A DNA stretch of 64,000 nt from a virus: the IMG/VR virus record IMGVR_UViG_3300042691_043155, positions 2,644-66,643 of that record. One strand, 5' to 3'. The notes beneath the pieces were generated by a model. That model saw nothing but the letters and a program-made list of their open reading frames with translations, did not search any database and had not been told where the DNA came from. Positions 1-9,865 of this stretch are shown piece after piece. Numbering within the stretch: the stretch's first letter is position 1; each line of letters starts with the position of its first letter. A program made the translations under genes and the position numbers.

Positions 1-1
1 T

Positions 2-529
2 TTCCACTTAGATGGTATCATGCCAGCTCCAAGAGGAATTCCTCAAATCGAGGTGACTTTTGATATAGATGCTAATGGTATCTTATCTGTACACGCTAAA
101 GATAAGGCAACTGGTAAAGAAAATAAAATCCGTATCGAAGGTGGTTCTCAATTAACTAAAGAAGAAATTGAGAAAATGAAAGCTGAGGCTGAGGCAAATG
201 CTGAAGCAGATGCTAAAGAAAGAGAGTTAGTTGATAAAATAAACTCAGCAGACTCAATGATTTTCCAAACCGAAAAACAAATTAAAGAGTTTGATGAAAA
301 ATTAACAGCTGATGATAAGAATGCTTTGAACGCTGACCTTGACGAATTGAAGAAAGCTCATTCCGATAAAGATGTTCAAAGAATTGATGAATCAATCAGT
401 AAGTTAAACTCGACTTGGAATACAATTTCAACTAAGTTGTATGAACAAAGTCAAACTGAACAAACAACAGAAAATACTTCCAGTGGTAATGATGGAGTAG
501 ATGATGTTGATTTTGAAGAAGTAAAATAA
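2..529 (+). CDS. dnaK: DnaK/Hsp70 chaperone, 3' part (starts before window)
   Basis: [28 protein letters not shown] substrate-binding domain motif; ends DVDFEEVK; frame open to window edge. Confidence 0.97.
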   Translation, partial: FHLDGIMPAPRGIPQIEVTFDIDANGILSVHAKDKATGKENKIRIEGGSQLTKEEIEKMKAEAEANAEADAKERELVDKINSADSMIFQTEKQIKEFDEKLTADDKNALNADLDELKKAHSDKDVQRIDESISKLNSTWNTISTKLYEQSQTEQTTENTSSGNDGVDDVDFEEVK

Positions 530-532
530 TTT

Positions 533-564
533 AAAAAAGTCCTTGAGAAATCAAGGACTTTTTT
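533..564. terminator. Intrinsic terminator (A/T tails both sides)
   Basis: aaaaaagtccttga-gaaa-tcaaggactttttt perfect hairpin. Confidence 0.85.
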
Positions 565-588
565 ATTATATTTATATAAAATTATTAT

Positions 589-978
589 ATGGAAACAAGA
601 ACCGCTAAATTAGCAGCAACCGCTCTTATCTTTAACGAAGATAAATCTAAACTATTAGGTGTATCAAGAAAAGATGATACAACTAAATTTGGATTACCTG
701 GAGGTAAAGTAGATGTTGGTGAAACATTATATGACGCTTTAGTTAGAGAATTAAAAGAAGAAACAGGATTAGATGTAAACTCAGCAAAACCAATTTTCTT
801 TAGAGAAGATGGTGATTTTGTTGCTGTTGTTTATTTAGTAACTGATTGGTCTGGTGAAGTTTCAACAACCGAAAAGGGAGTTGTTAAGTGGATTACTTTT
901 GAGGATTTAAAACACGGTGCTTTTTCTGAATATAATACTATGTTAGAAGAACATTTAAGGTTTATCAAACTTTTATAA
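589..978 (+). CDS. Nudix hydrolase
   Basis: Nudix box [25 protein letters not shown]. Confidence 0.93.
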   Translation: METRTAKLAATALIFNEDKSKLLGVSRKDDTTKFGLPGGKVDVGETLYDALVRELKEETGLDVNSAKPIFFREDGDFVAVVYLVTDWSGEVSTTEKGVVKWITFEDLKHGAFSEYNTMLEEHLRFIKLL

Positions 979-985
979 TAAAAAA

Positions 986-996
986 TTTAATATATA
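986..996 (+). promoter_or_regulatory. TTAATATATA motif, putative phage late promoter (one of ~20 copies)
   Basis: Recurs upstream of many genes in the sense orientation (e.g. 3120-3129-, 4663-4672-, 10885-10894-, 11701-11710-, 15307-15316-, 23424+, 25665+, 29470+, 30310+, 37341+, 41524+, 47678+, 50455+). Confidence 0.65.
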
Positions 997-1017
997 ATAA
1001 AAAATTATTATATTTAC

Positions 1018-1512
1018 ATGAAATACATCAAAAGATTTAAAGTCAACGAAAATATGAGCGGTAAGAAAATTGTTTACGTAGATATGGACGACACTCTTTG
1101 TGATTTTACAGGTCCTTTTAGAAGTGGTCAACAAAATACAGAGGCTTCAGAGGATGAACCAATTAGAAAGTGGCCTCAGTCAAAAGTTGGTTTTTTCTTA
1201 GGTTTACAACCACTACCAGGAGCAATCGAAGGAATGAATACCTTGATGTCTAAGTATGATGTTTGGATTTTAACTAGACCATCTATTAAAAACATTCACT
1301 GTTATACCGAAAAAGCTGAATGGATTAAGAAATATTTTGGTGAAAAAATGTTAGAGAATATGATTATTTGTCCAAATAAATCCCTTGTTAAAGGAGACTA
1401 CTTAATTGATGATGATACAAGACATGGTCAAGTTGAATTTGAAGGAGAACATATTCATTTTGGTAAGGAAAAATTTCCTAATTGGGATTCAGTTATAGAA
1501 TACTTAATGTAA
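1018..1512 (+). CDS. 5'(3')-deoxyribonucleotidase (HAD, NT5C-like) with N-terminal MKYIKRF..NE tag
   Basis: VYVDMDDTL HAD motif I, EKAEWI, KSLVKGDYLIDD. Confidence 0.9.
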   Translation: MKYIKRFKVNENMSGKKIVYVDMDDTLCDFTGPFRSGQQNTEASEDEPIRKWPQSKVGFFLGLQPLPGAIEGMNTLMSKYDVWILTRPSIKNIHCYTEKAEWIKKYFGEKMLENMIICPNKSLVKGDYLIDDDTRHGQVEFEGEHIHFGKEKFPNWDSVIEYLM

Positions 1513-1724
1513 TGTTTATTTATTGTATAAATAATCGAGGTTTGGAGAAATATCTAACCATCAATAAAAAATATGAAAATATTGAAGATTTTGTAGAAAT
1601 TGATGAAGATTTTAACTGGTATAGAATTATCAATGATAAAAACATATCAGGAACATATGATAAATCAAGATTTGTGACAGTTGATAAGTGGAGAGAAATT
1701 CAATTAAATAAATTATTAAAATAA
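1512..1724 (+). CDS. Small hypothetical protein with C-terminal WREIQLNKLL tag
   Basis: ATG overlaps upstream TAA (TAATG); C-terminal motif shared with many ORFs. Confidence 0.75.
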   Translation: MFIYCINNRGLEKYLTINKKYENIEDFVEIDEDFNWYRIINDKNISGTYDKSRFVTVDKWREIQLNKLLK

Positions 1725-1756
1725 AAAAACCCAACTTTTTCAAGTTGGGTTTTTTT
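1723..1756. terminator. Bidirectional intrinsic terminator
   Basis: aaaaaaacccaactt-tttc-aagttgggttttttt between convergent genes. Confidence 0.85.
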
Positions 1757-1762
1757 CATTTA

Positions 1763-3097
1763 TTACCATTCATCATCATCATCATCTCCATCGCCATAAG
1801 AATCATCTTCACCATATCCTTCCCACGTACCATCAGTATGTTGACAATATCTAATTCTATCTTCATTTAAACCTTCAATATCGCTATCGTTAGCAGCTTT
1901 ATTATTTTCAACATCAATACAATACATAGTATCCATATAAGGATACATATCAAACTCAGCTCTATCTAAATCACAAACAATATCTGGTCTAGTAATCGTT
2001 CTTGATCCATTAGAAATATCTCTACCCCCGTATCCTTGATTTGTTTTATAAAAGAATCCTTCTTTTTCAGCGAATTGTTTGAATAATTCCGTATCACTTT
2101 CATAAGCTGTGTAAATTCTATCCATAAAATCTACTTTTTCACCATTGACAGTACAGTTTCTCCAAAGAATTGCTCTACCTTTAATTTTATTAGATTGATA
2201 AACACCATCAACAACTTCACCTTCATCCGAATAAAGTATAACTAATTCAACATTTTCATTATCACAATAAATTGCTAACTTTGTTCTACTAGCACTTTTC
2301 ATACAAGAATTATTTAATGAACCACCACCACTTACATATCTCAAACCATTATACCAGTGATAAATTTGATCACCTTTAACAATTGAGAATTGTCTTAAAG
2401 CATCTGCTGCAAAGTCAAATGTTGCTGTAAATTGTTCAACAAATTGAGATAACTCATGATCTGTAAACTCTATTTTACCAGCAGTTAAAATAGCTCTCGC
2501 CATTCTACCAATTCTCAATGGGTTTCTAGCTGTTGTCCAAATACCATCTAATTCAGGTGCGAATAACTCTAATCCTTCTTTGTTAATAACAGATACTCTT
2601 GGATTTTCTTTATCAGAACCATCTCTGTTAGTTTCTTCAACTTTACAATAAACTTTACCTGAACTTTTTGAAGTTGTTTCGGTTACAATTTTCATAACTT
2701 CTCCAACACCAACAGACCATCTATCACCAGTACCACCCGGCCATGGCTCAGCTTTATTATATTCTAATCTCCCGAAGATTGCATCATTTGAGTCACTATG
2801 AGTTAAACATTTATTACCTTGGATACATTTCCAAACTACTGGTCTAGCAGCTAATAATTGTTGAACTCTTCTGTCTGGTGTGAAAGAGAAAGTTTCTCTA
2901 TCAGTCACATCAATATAGTTTTGTGTAATACCATCAACATCAACTTTATTTAATTTCAATAACTCTTGAGCAATTCTATTACGAGTCATTCTTTTTAACA
3001 AATTAACTAATTTAGGTGAAAAAATCAACACAGATTCGTTGATTAAATCAAAAACTTGTTTCTCTGTTAAGTATTCATTATATCTTAAAATACTCAT
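1763..3097 (-). CDS. Conserved phage hypothetical protein (SCM / RAILW / MDRIY / YPYMDT motifs), N-terminal tag, acidic tail
   Basis: 444-aa ORF; motif series recognisable in phage proteins of unknown function. Confidence 0.75.
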   Translation of the reverse strand: MSILRYNEYLTEKQVFDLINESVLIFSPKLVNLLKRMTRNRIAQELLKLNKVDVDGITQNYIDVTDRETFSFTPDRRVQQLLAARPVVWKCIQGNKCLTHSDSNDAIFGRLEYNKAEPWPGGTGDRWSVGVGEVMKIVTETTSKSSGKVYCKVEETNRDGSDKENPRVSVINKEGLELFAPELDGIWTTARNPLRIGRMARAILTAGKIEFTDHELSQFVEQFTATFDFAADALRQFSIVKGDQIYHWYNGLRYVSGGGSLNNSCMKSASRTKLAIYCDNENVELVILYSDEGEVVDGVYQSNKIKGRAILWRNCTVNGEKVDFMDRIYTAYESDTELFKQFAEKEGFFYKTNQGYGGRDISNGSRTITRPDIVCDLDRAEFDMYPYMDTMYCIDVENNKAANDSDIEGLNEDRIRYCQHTDGTWEGYGEDDSYGDGDDDDDEW

Positions 3098-3163
3098 CCT
3101 TAAAAATTTCTTTTTTTTGTATATATTAATTTTTTATCATGAAAAAATAAAAATATATACATT

Positions 3164-3403
3164 ATGAAAAGAAAAGTGGCTAAAATAATAGAAATATTGG
3201 GTATAGGTCTAACAGAAATTGTTATTGACTTAGATACTAGTTTAGGTACTTTTAATTCAATAGAGTGGTCTAAATCAGAGAATAAAGTTTGGCTTCATAT
3301 GTTTCATGAAGATGATATACAAATATCATTTGATTTTGATGATCTAGACAAAATAGACAAATCTATGGTTTATACATTATTAGCTTCTATAGCTTATAAT
3401 TAA
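3164..3403 (+). CDS. Hypothetical protein
   Basis: 79-aa ORF preceded by AATATATA motif. Confidence 0.7.
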   Translation: MKRKVAKIIEILGIGLTEIVIDLDTSLGTFNSIEWSKSENKVWLHMFHEDDIQISFDFDDLDKIDKSMVYTLLASIAYN

Positions 3404-3903
3404 ATTCCTCTATTACCTCTTTCTTTTTCTAAATAAGCTTTAACATCTTCCCAAGTTACTCCACCAGGATTACTAGTTAATTTATCAGCATTACCTTTTG
3501 GTTTTTCTTCTTGTTTTTTTAGTTCGTTATTTTTAACTAACTCTTCATATTTCTCATCAATATCTTTAATAATAGATCCTAAATAAGCGTCAATTCCTTT
3601 TTGGTTAAGAATACTCTTATCAAAATCAACTACAAACTCTTCGAAAGTATCACCATAATAAATACCCATAACCGGTTCCATAATATAATGATCTGTGTAA
3701 AATCTTATATTTCCAATTCGACCTTGCGCGTAAATAGTTGTTTTATAATTACCATTATAAGATTGAGAAAATCGATCTTGATCATTAAAAACTCTTTGAC
3801 CATTTTTTTCAACGGTTGGTACAAAACCTAAATTAACTTGAAAGTATTTAGATCTTTTTATCTCTTGTAAGATTGTAAAGTTTGTTACTATATTTATTTC
3901 CAT
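3400..3903 (-). CDS. Hypothetical protein
   Basis: 167-aa ORF with normal composition. Confidence 0.75.
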   Translation of the reverse strand: MEINIVTNFTILQEIKRSKYFQVNLGFVPTVEKNGQRVFNDQDRFSQSYNGNYKTTIYAQGRIGNIRFYTDHYIMEPVMGIYYGDTFEEFVVDFDKSILNQKGIDAYLGSIIKDIDEKYEELVKNNELKKQEEKPKGNADKLTSNPGGVTWEDVKAYLEKERGNRGI

Positions 3904-3965
3904 GAATTATTTATTTAAAAATAAAATTTCCCTAAACAAAAAAATCACCATTTAGGTGATTTTAT

Positions 3966-4658
3966 TTATTCTGTTTCGTATTCTAATCCTTTATTTTCTC
4001 CATACTTATCATCAAAATCTGATTTTAAGAATTCTAAAAATTCAAGTAATGACATTTTTTCACTTTCTGGTGTTTCTTCTTGAGTAGGAGCTTCTTGTTG
4101 ATTTTGACCTTGAGCAGGAGCTTGAGCGGCAGGCTTTTTATTTAGACTTAATTTAAACTCACCATCTTCCTTTTCTATATTAACATTATGTGTTGTTTGA
4201 CCAATTAAATCAATTTCATCTACACCATATTTCTTAAACTTAACATACATTTTTGTTATATCATCACTTGAAAAATCAGCATTTGGATCTTTTGGTATAC
4301 CATCTTTTATATTAATAGAAATATAAAGATTATAAACACCATCACCATCAGAGTATTTAACTGTTAATGAATCGTCTGTTTGTGAATAAACTGATATTTC
4401 AGAACTATGTAGTTTAACTCCTTGTTCTGAAAGGCTAACAACACGTTTCTTACTTTTTTTATTTGAATTTTCTTTAGCTTGATTAATTGATATATTCTCT
4501 TCTTCTGTTTCATCAACATTATCTTCATTAAATAAATCATCAACAGCTTTTTTTAACTCCATTAATTTACCTTTGATGTAAGTTTCAGGTGTATCGTTTG
4601 CTTCATTAATTTTGTTTTCATTAACAAAATCAGAATATCTTAATATTTTACTTTTCAT
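3966..4658 (-). CDS. Hypothetical, probable virion protein (N-terminal ILRYSDFVNE tag)
   Basis: 230-aa ORF; TTAATATATA 4 nt upstream of ATG. Confidence 0.75.
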   Translation of the reverse strand: MKSKILRYSDFVNENKINEANDTPETYIKGKLMELKKAVDDLFNEDNVDETEEENISINQAKENSNKKSKKRVVSLSEQGVKLHSSEISVYSQTDDSLTVKYSDGDGVYNLYISINIKDGIPKDPNADFSSDDITKMYVKFKKYGVDEIDLIGQTTHNVNIEKEDGEFKLSLNKKPAAQAPAQGQNQQEAPTQEETPESEKMSLLEFLEFLKSDFDDKYGENKGLEYETE

Positions 4659-4787
4659 ACTTTATATATTAATTTTTTATTCCCAAAAATAGATAGAAAG
4701 ACAATTAATTCAATATATATGGTATATACTAAACTTAGACTGTAAGTTATTGTATAATAAAAAAAGACAAAAATAAATCTTAAATAT

Positions 4788-6707
4788 ATGAGTTTATTAA
4801 GCACGATAAAAAAAGACTTTACCCAAGGTGATAAAGATATTTCTTTACAGGAATTTTTAGAACTTTGTAAAAAGGATAAAGTTTATTCTTCACCAGCTGA
4901 GAGAATGTTACAAGCTATTGGTGAACCAGAAGTAGTTGATACTAAGCTAGATGAAAGACTTAGTAGAATTTACTCTAACAAATTAATTAAAAGATATCCA
5001 GCATTCTCGGAATTCTTTGGAATGGAAGATACTATTGAACAAATTGTTTCTTTCTTTAGACACGCAGCTCAAGGATTAGAAGAAAAGAAACAAATTCTTT
5101 ACCTTTTAGGACCAGTTGGTGGTGGTAAATCTTCTTTAGCAGAAAGATTAAAACAACTAATGGAAAAAAGTCATATTTATGTGCTTGTTGCTGACGGTGA
5201 AGTTTCACCGGTATTTGAGAACCCACTTGGATTATTTTCTTCTTATAGAGAAGAATTAGAAAAGGAATATGGTATTCCAAAAAGATATATTCCTTCTTGT
5301 GCTTCTCCATGGGCTACTAAAAGATTAGCTGAGTTTGATGGTGATGTAACTAAGTTCTCAGTTAGAAAATTAAAAATGTCTATCGCATCTCAAGTAGGTA
5401 TCGCTAAAACTGAACCAGGTGATGAAAACAACCAAGATATCTCAGCTTTAGTTGGTAAAGTAGATATCCGTAAATTGGCTGAGTTTCCACAAAATGATGC
5501 TGATGCTTATAACTACTCTGGTGCTCTTTGTAGAGCTAATCAAGGTATGATGGAATTCGTAGAGATGTTTAAAGCTCCTATCAAAGTTTTACACCCACTA
5601 TTAACTGCTACTCAAGAAGGTAACTTTAATGGTACTGAAAACTTACCAGCTATTCCGTTCCAAGGGATTATTTTAGCTCACTCAAATGAGTCTGAATGGG
5701 AAACATTCTCAAACGATAAAAAGAACGAAGCTTTCTTAGACCGTGTTTACATTGTAAGAGTTCCTTATTGTTTAAGAGTTGATGAAGAAGTTGAAATCTA
5801 TGAAAAACTTTTAAAACATTCTTCTTTATCTGAAGCACCTTGTGCACCACAAACTTTAGACTTGTTGGCTAAGTTTTGTGTTATGACAAGATTAAAACAC
5901 CCTGAGAACTCAAATTTATACTCTAAAATGAGAGTTTATAATGGTGAATCTTTAAAAGAATCTGATCCTAAAGCAAAATCTTTACAAGAATATAAAGATG
6001 ACGCGGGTATCACAGAAGGTATGAATGGTATTTCTACTCGTTTCGCTTTTAAAGTTCTTTCTAAAGTATTTAATCACGACACTGAAGAAGTTGCTGCTAA
6101 CCCAGTACACCTTTTCTATGTGTTAGAAAATGAAATTGTTAAATTACAATTACCAAAAGAAACTGAAGAATACTACTTAAATATCTTAAAGTCTAAAATC
6201 AGTACAAAATATGCTGAGTTTATTGGTGATGAAATTCAAAAAGCTTATGTAGATTCTTATCAAGAATATGGACAAAACTTATTTGAAAGATATATCACTT
6301 ATGCTGACCACTGGTGTCAAGATAATGACTTTAGAGATCCAGAAACAGGACAACAATTTGATAGAGCTGCTCTTAACGAAGAGTTAGAGAAAATTGAAAA
6401 ACCAGCTGGTATCGCTAATCCAAAAGATTTCAGAAATGATGTTGTACAATTCTATTTAAGACATAGAGCTAAGAATGGTGAATCACCAACTTGGGATTCT
6501 TATGAGAAAATTAGAAGTGTGATTGAAAAGAGAATTTTTTCTAAAACTGAAGATATCATTCCAGTTATTTCTTTCACTTCTAAAGCTTCTAAAGACGAAG
6601 AAAAGAAACATTCAGAATTCATCAATAGAATGAAGGATAGAGGATACACTAACAAACAGATTAAGTTATTAACTGACTGGTATCTAAGAGTTAGAAAATC
6701 AAATTAA
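4788..6707 (+). CDS. prkA: PrkA/YeaG family AAA+ ATPase ('serine protein kinase')
   Basis: GLEEKKQILYLLGPVGGGKSSLAE Walker A; EFVEMFKAPIKVLHPLLTATQEG; AHSNESEW. Confidence 0.97.
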   Translation: MSLLSTIKKDFTQGDKDISLQEFLELCKKDKVYSSPAERMLQAIGEPEVVDTKLDERLSRIYSNKLIKRYPAFSEFFGMEDTIEQIVSFFRHAAQGLEEKKQILYLLGPVGGGKSSLAERLKQLMEKSHIYVLVADGEVSPVFENPLGLFSSYREELEKEYGIPKRYIPSCASPWATKRLAEFDGDVTKFSVRKLKMSIASQVGIAKTEPGDENNQDISALVGKVDIRKLAEFPQNDADAYNYSGALCRANQGMMEFVEMFKAPIKVLHPLLTATQEGNFNGTENLPAIPFQGIILAHSNESEWETFSNDKKNEAFLDRVYIVRVPYCLRVDEEVEIYEKLLKHSSLSEAPCAPQTLDLLAKFCVMTRLKHPENSNLYSKMRVYNGESLKESDPKAKSLQEYKDDAGITEGMNGISTRFAFKVLSKVFNHDTEEVAANPVHLFYVLENEIVKLQLPKETEEYYLNILKSKISTKYAEFIGDEIQKAYVDSYQEYGQNLFERYITYADHWCQDNDFRDPETGQQFDRAALNEELEKIEKPAGIANPKDFRNDVVQFYLRHRAKNGESPTWDSYEKIRSVIEKRIFSKTEDIIPVISFTSKASKDEEKKHSEFINRMKDRGYTNKQIKLLTDWYLRVRKSN

Positions 6708-6752
6708 TAAAAAGGGAGTTTATCTCCCTTTTTTAAAATATAATAATATGAT

Positions 6753-6872
6753 ATGCCACTTCCTCATTATGCTTATAACTATAATAGATATTTAGTTATG
6801 AATCGTAGAAGAAAAATTAAAAAAATTTATAAAGATGTCAATAAATATAGTAGATCGAAGAAAGAGTCCTAA
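6753..6872 (+). CDS. 39-aa small ORF with NRRRKIKKIY motif (not in ORF track)
   Basis: MPLPHYAYNYNRYLVMNRRRKIKKIYKDVNKYSRSKKES; motif matches end of 17338-17520. Confidence 0.45.
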   Translation: MPLPHYAYNYNRYLVMNRRRKIKKIYKDVNKYSRSKKES

Positions 6873-8100
6873 GGGAAAATCTTCGGAAAATAGACAAAGA
6901 TTATTAAAAAGAATTGAAGGTCAAATTAAAAAGGCTCTTCCTGACATCGTTAAGAATACCAATGTTAAAGATTTGACATCTTCAAAAGAAAGAGTTAATA
7001 TCCCAGTCAAAGGCATTAATGAACCACAATTCACTTATGATAAAGATACTGGTGATAAAAAACATGTACATCCTGGTAACAAAGAATATTCAGAAGGTGA
7101 TTTAATAAAAAAACCAAAAAGTGGTCAAGGTAAAGGTAGTGGTCAAGGTAAAGGATCAAATGATCCAAATGCTACAGAAGATGACTTTACTGTATCAATA
7201 AGTCGAGAAGAATTCTTAGATTACTTTTTCAATGATCTAGAATTACCAGATATGGTTAAAAAACATTTAAACTCTATTGTTGATTTTAAACAAAAAAGAG
7301 CTGGTTATTCTAACTATGGTAATCCAAGTAGATTAAATATAACTCGTTCATATAAAAACTCAATGGCTCGTAGGATGGCTGTTGGTATGTTTTTCGATAA
7401 AAAGATTAAAGAAATTGAAGAAAAATTAAAGTCTGATTTATTAGATGATGAGAGAAATGAATTACTTAAAGAATTAGATAAGCTAAAAAAGATGAAGTTA
7501 TCAGTTTCTTTTATGGAGGAAGTTGATTTACAATATAATAACTTTGAGAAAGTTGCTATACCAGTTACTTCAGCTGTTATGTTTTGTGTAATGGACGTTT
7601 CTGGTTCAATGGGTGAGAAAGAGAAAGATATAGCTAAAAGATTTTTTATGTTATTATATATGTTTCTTACAAAACAATATGAGAAAATTGAGATTGTCTT
7701 TATAAGACACCATACTTCAGCAAAAGAAGTTACTGAGGATGAATTCTTTAACTCTAAAGAAAGTGGTGGTACCGTTGTGGTAACTGCTTTAGAATTGATG
7801 GCAAAAATCATTAGAGAAAGATATAATGAAAACTGGAACATATACGCCGCTCAAGCCTCTGATGGTGATGTTTGGGATAAGGCAGATGCTAGTGATTGTT
7901 ATAAAATATTAGACGTTGATATATTAAACAAAGTTCAGTATATGACATATATCGAAATATGTAGAAGTGTAGATGGTGATCTTTGGAACAACTATAAGGT
8001 TTTATCTGATAAAAGAAAGAACTTTGAGATAGGTAAGATTAATGAAGTAAGTGAAATTTGGAAAGTATTCCAAGATTTCTTTAAAAAGAAAACAGCATGA
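6835..8100 (+). CDS. yeaH: YeaH/YhbH (DUF444) vWA-containing protein
   Basis: IVDRR..KS..NRQR; VHPGNKEY; AVMFCVMDVSGSM (MIDAS); FIRHHT; ESGGT; WNIYAAQASDGD. Confidence 0.95.
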   Translation: MSINIVDRRKSPKGKSSENRQRLLKRIEGQIKKALPDIVKNTNVKDLTSSKERVNIPVKGINEPQFTYDKDTGDKKHVHPGNKEYSEGDLIKKPKSGQGKGSGQGKGSNDPNATEDDFTVSISREEFLDYFFNDLELPDMVKKHLNSIVDFKQKRAGYSNYGNPSRLNITRSYKNSMARRMAVGMFFDKKIKEIEEKLKSDLLDDERNELLKELDKLKKMKLSVSFMEEVDLQYNNFEKVAIPVTSAVMFCVMDVSGSMGEKEKDIAKRFFMLLYMFLTKQYEKIEIVFIRHHTSAKEVTEDEFFNSKESGGTVVVTALELMAKIIRERYNENWNIYAAQASDGDVWDKADASDCYKILDVDILNKVQYMTYIEICRSVDGDLWNNYKVLSDKRKNFEIGKINEVSEIWKVFQDFFKKKTA

Positions 8101-9590
8101 TGACTAAAGAAGAATTAAAAAAATTATTTTCAAAACCTGATTGGACTGATGAAACTATTATAGAAGCTGATAAAGTTGTTAGTAGAATCGCTAGTGAATA
8201 TTTAGGTATTGAAACATATCCAAATCAATTTGAAATAATAACATCTGAACAAATGTTGGATGCTTATTCATTAATTGGTTTACCAATTTCTTATAATCAC
8301 TGGAAATTTGGTAAAGACTTTGTTATTAACTCAAATCAATATAAGAAAGGTAGAATGGGATTGGCTTATGAGTTAGTTATTAATTCAAATCCTTGTATAT
8401 CTTACAATATGGAAGATAACACAACTTGTCTTATGATCTTAGTATTAGCTCACGCCGCATACGGTCATAACACATTCTTTAAAAATAATTATCTTTTCAA
8501 ACAATGGACTCAGGCAGATTCAATCATTGATTATATGGTCTTTGCTAAAGAGTTTGTTGCTAAATGCGAAGAGAAATACGGATTTGAAGAGGTAGAAATG
8601 GTTTTAGATGCTTGCCACGCCTTAATGAACTATGGTGTTGATAAATATAAAAAACCTAGAAAATTAAGTCCAACTGAAGAAGGAGAAAGACTTAAAAAGA
8701 AATTAGAAGATGATAGAATTCTTTTAAATGATTTATGGAGAACTATTCCTAAAGATGAGAAAGAAAAACTTAAAGAAAAAAGATTTCCTGAATCACCGGA
8801 AGAAAATATTCTTTACTTCATTGAGAAAAACTCTCCTAAGTTGAGAGGGTGGCAAAGAGAAATTGTTAGAATTGTTAGAAAAACTGCTCAATACTTTTAC
8901 CCACAAGGTCAAACAAAAGTTATTAATGAAGGATGTGCTACTTTTACACACTATGAAATTATTAATAAAATGTTCGATGAAGGTTATTTATCAGACGGTT
9001 TTATGCAAGAGTTTTATCATAATCATTCTAATGTTATTTTTCAACCAGGATTTGACTCTAAGTTTTACTCTGGATTGAATCCATATACATTAGGGTTCAA
9101 TATCTTTCAAGATTTAAAAAGAATGTCTTTAAACCCAACTAAAGAAGATTTGGAATGGTTTCCTAAGATTGCTGGAAAAGGTAATTGGGCTGAAAACTTC
9201 AAATATATCGTTGAAAACTTTAAAGATGAAACATTTGTTTTACAATATCTTTCACCTAAGGTTATTAGAGATATGAAATTATTTGAAATTGATGATAAAA
9301 TGGATAATAACTATTATGAAGTTAGTTCTATACATAATGAGAATGGTTATAAAAAAGTAAGAGAATCTTTATCACAATCTTATAATAGAAGTAGATACGT
9401 ACCAGATATTCAAGTATATGATGTTGATATATTCGGAGATAGAACACTTACTTTAGAATATACACCTATTAATAATAAAGGTCTAGATTATAATGATATT
9501 AAAAAAGTTTTACCTCACGTTGAATATCTATGGGGATTCCCAGTTAGAATGACTGAAAATGGTAAAGAATTAGCAACTACAAAGAAATAA
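8097..9590 (+). CDS. spoVR: SpoVR/YcgB family protein
   Basis: YPNQFEIIT, HWKFGK, GLAYELVINSNPCISY, AHAAYGHNTFFKNN, YFYPQGQTKVINEG. Confidence 0.96.
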   Translation: MMTKEELKKLFSKPDWTDETIIEADKVVSRIASEYLGIETYPNQFEIITSEQMLDAYSLIGLPISYNHWKFGKDFVINSNQYKKGRMGLAYELVINSNPCISYNMEDNTTCLMILVLAHAAYGHNTFFKNNYLFKQWTQADSIIDYMVFAKEFVAKCEEKYGFEEVEMVLDACHALMNYGVDKYKKPRKLSPTEEGERLKKKLEDDRILLNDLWRTIPKDEKEKLKEKRFPESPEENILYFIEKNSPKLRGWQREIVRIVRKTAQYFYPQGQTKVINEGCATFTHYEIINKMFDEGYLSDGFMQEFYHNHSNVIFQPGFDSKFYSGLNPYTLGFNIFQDLKRMSLNPTKEDLEWFPKIAGKGNWAENFKYIVENFKDETFVLQYLSPKVIRDMKLFEIDDKMDNNYYEVSSIHNENGYKKVRESLSQSYNRSRYVPDIQVYDVDIFGDRTLTLEYTPINNKGLDYNDIKKVLPHVEYLWGFPVRMTENGKELATTKK

Positions 9591-9594
9591 AAAG

Positions 9595-9620
9595 AAACCC
9601 ACTCATTTGAGTGGGTTTTT
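9595..9620. terminator. Bidirectional intrinsic terminator
   Basis: aaacccactc-attt-gagtgggttttt between convergent genes. Confidence 0.8.
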
Positions 9621-9827
9621 TAATATATCATCTAATTTTTCATCTCTTACTTTTGAAACAGATTTAAAATCCGATAAATAAGCTTGAATTGTTTTATATC
9701 CTACTGATGTAGTCTTATCAGGTATTTTAACCCAAACACATTTAGGGTGTTCGTGTTCAAATATTTCATAGGTTTTTCCTATTTCTATCTCACTTCTATT
9801 TGAAGTATTACTAATACAAATATACAT
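9603..9827 (-). CDS. Small hypothetical protein, C-terminal RDEKLDDIL tag
   Basis: 74-aa ORF; host-type TATATTTG promoter just upstream (~9846-9853). Confidence 0.75.
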   Translation of the reverse strand: MYICISNTSNRSEIEIGKTYEIFEHEHPKCVWVKIPDKTTSVGYKTIQAYLSDFKSVSKVRDEKLDDILKNPLK

Positions 9828-9865
9828 ATCACCAATTTATAAAAACAAATATAATAAAAATTATG

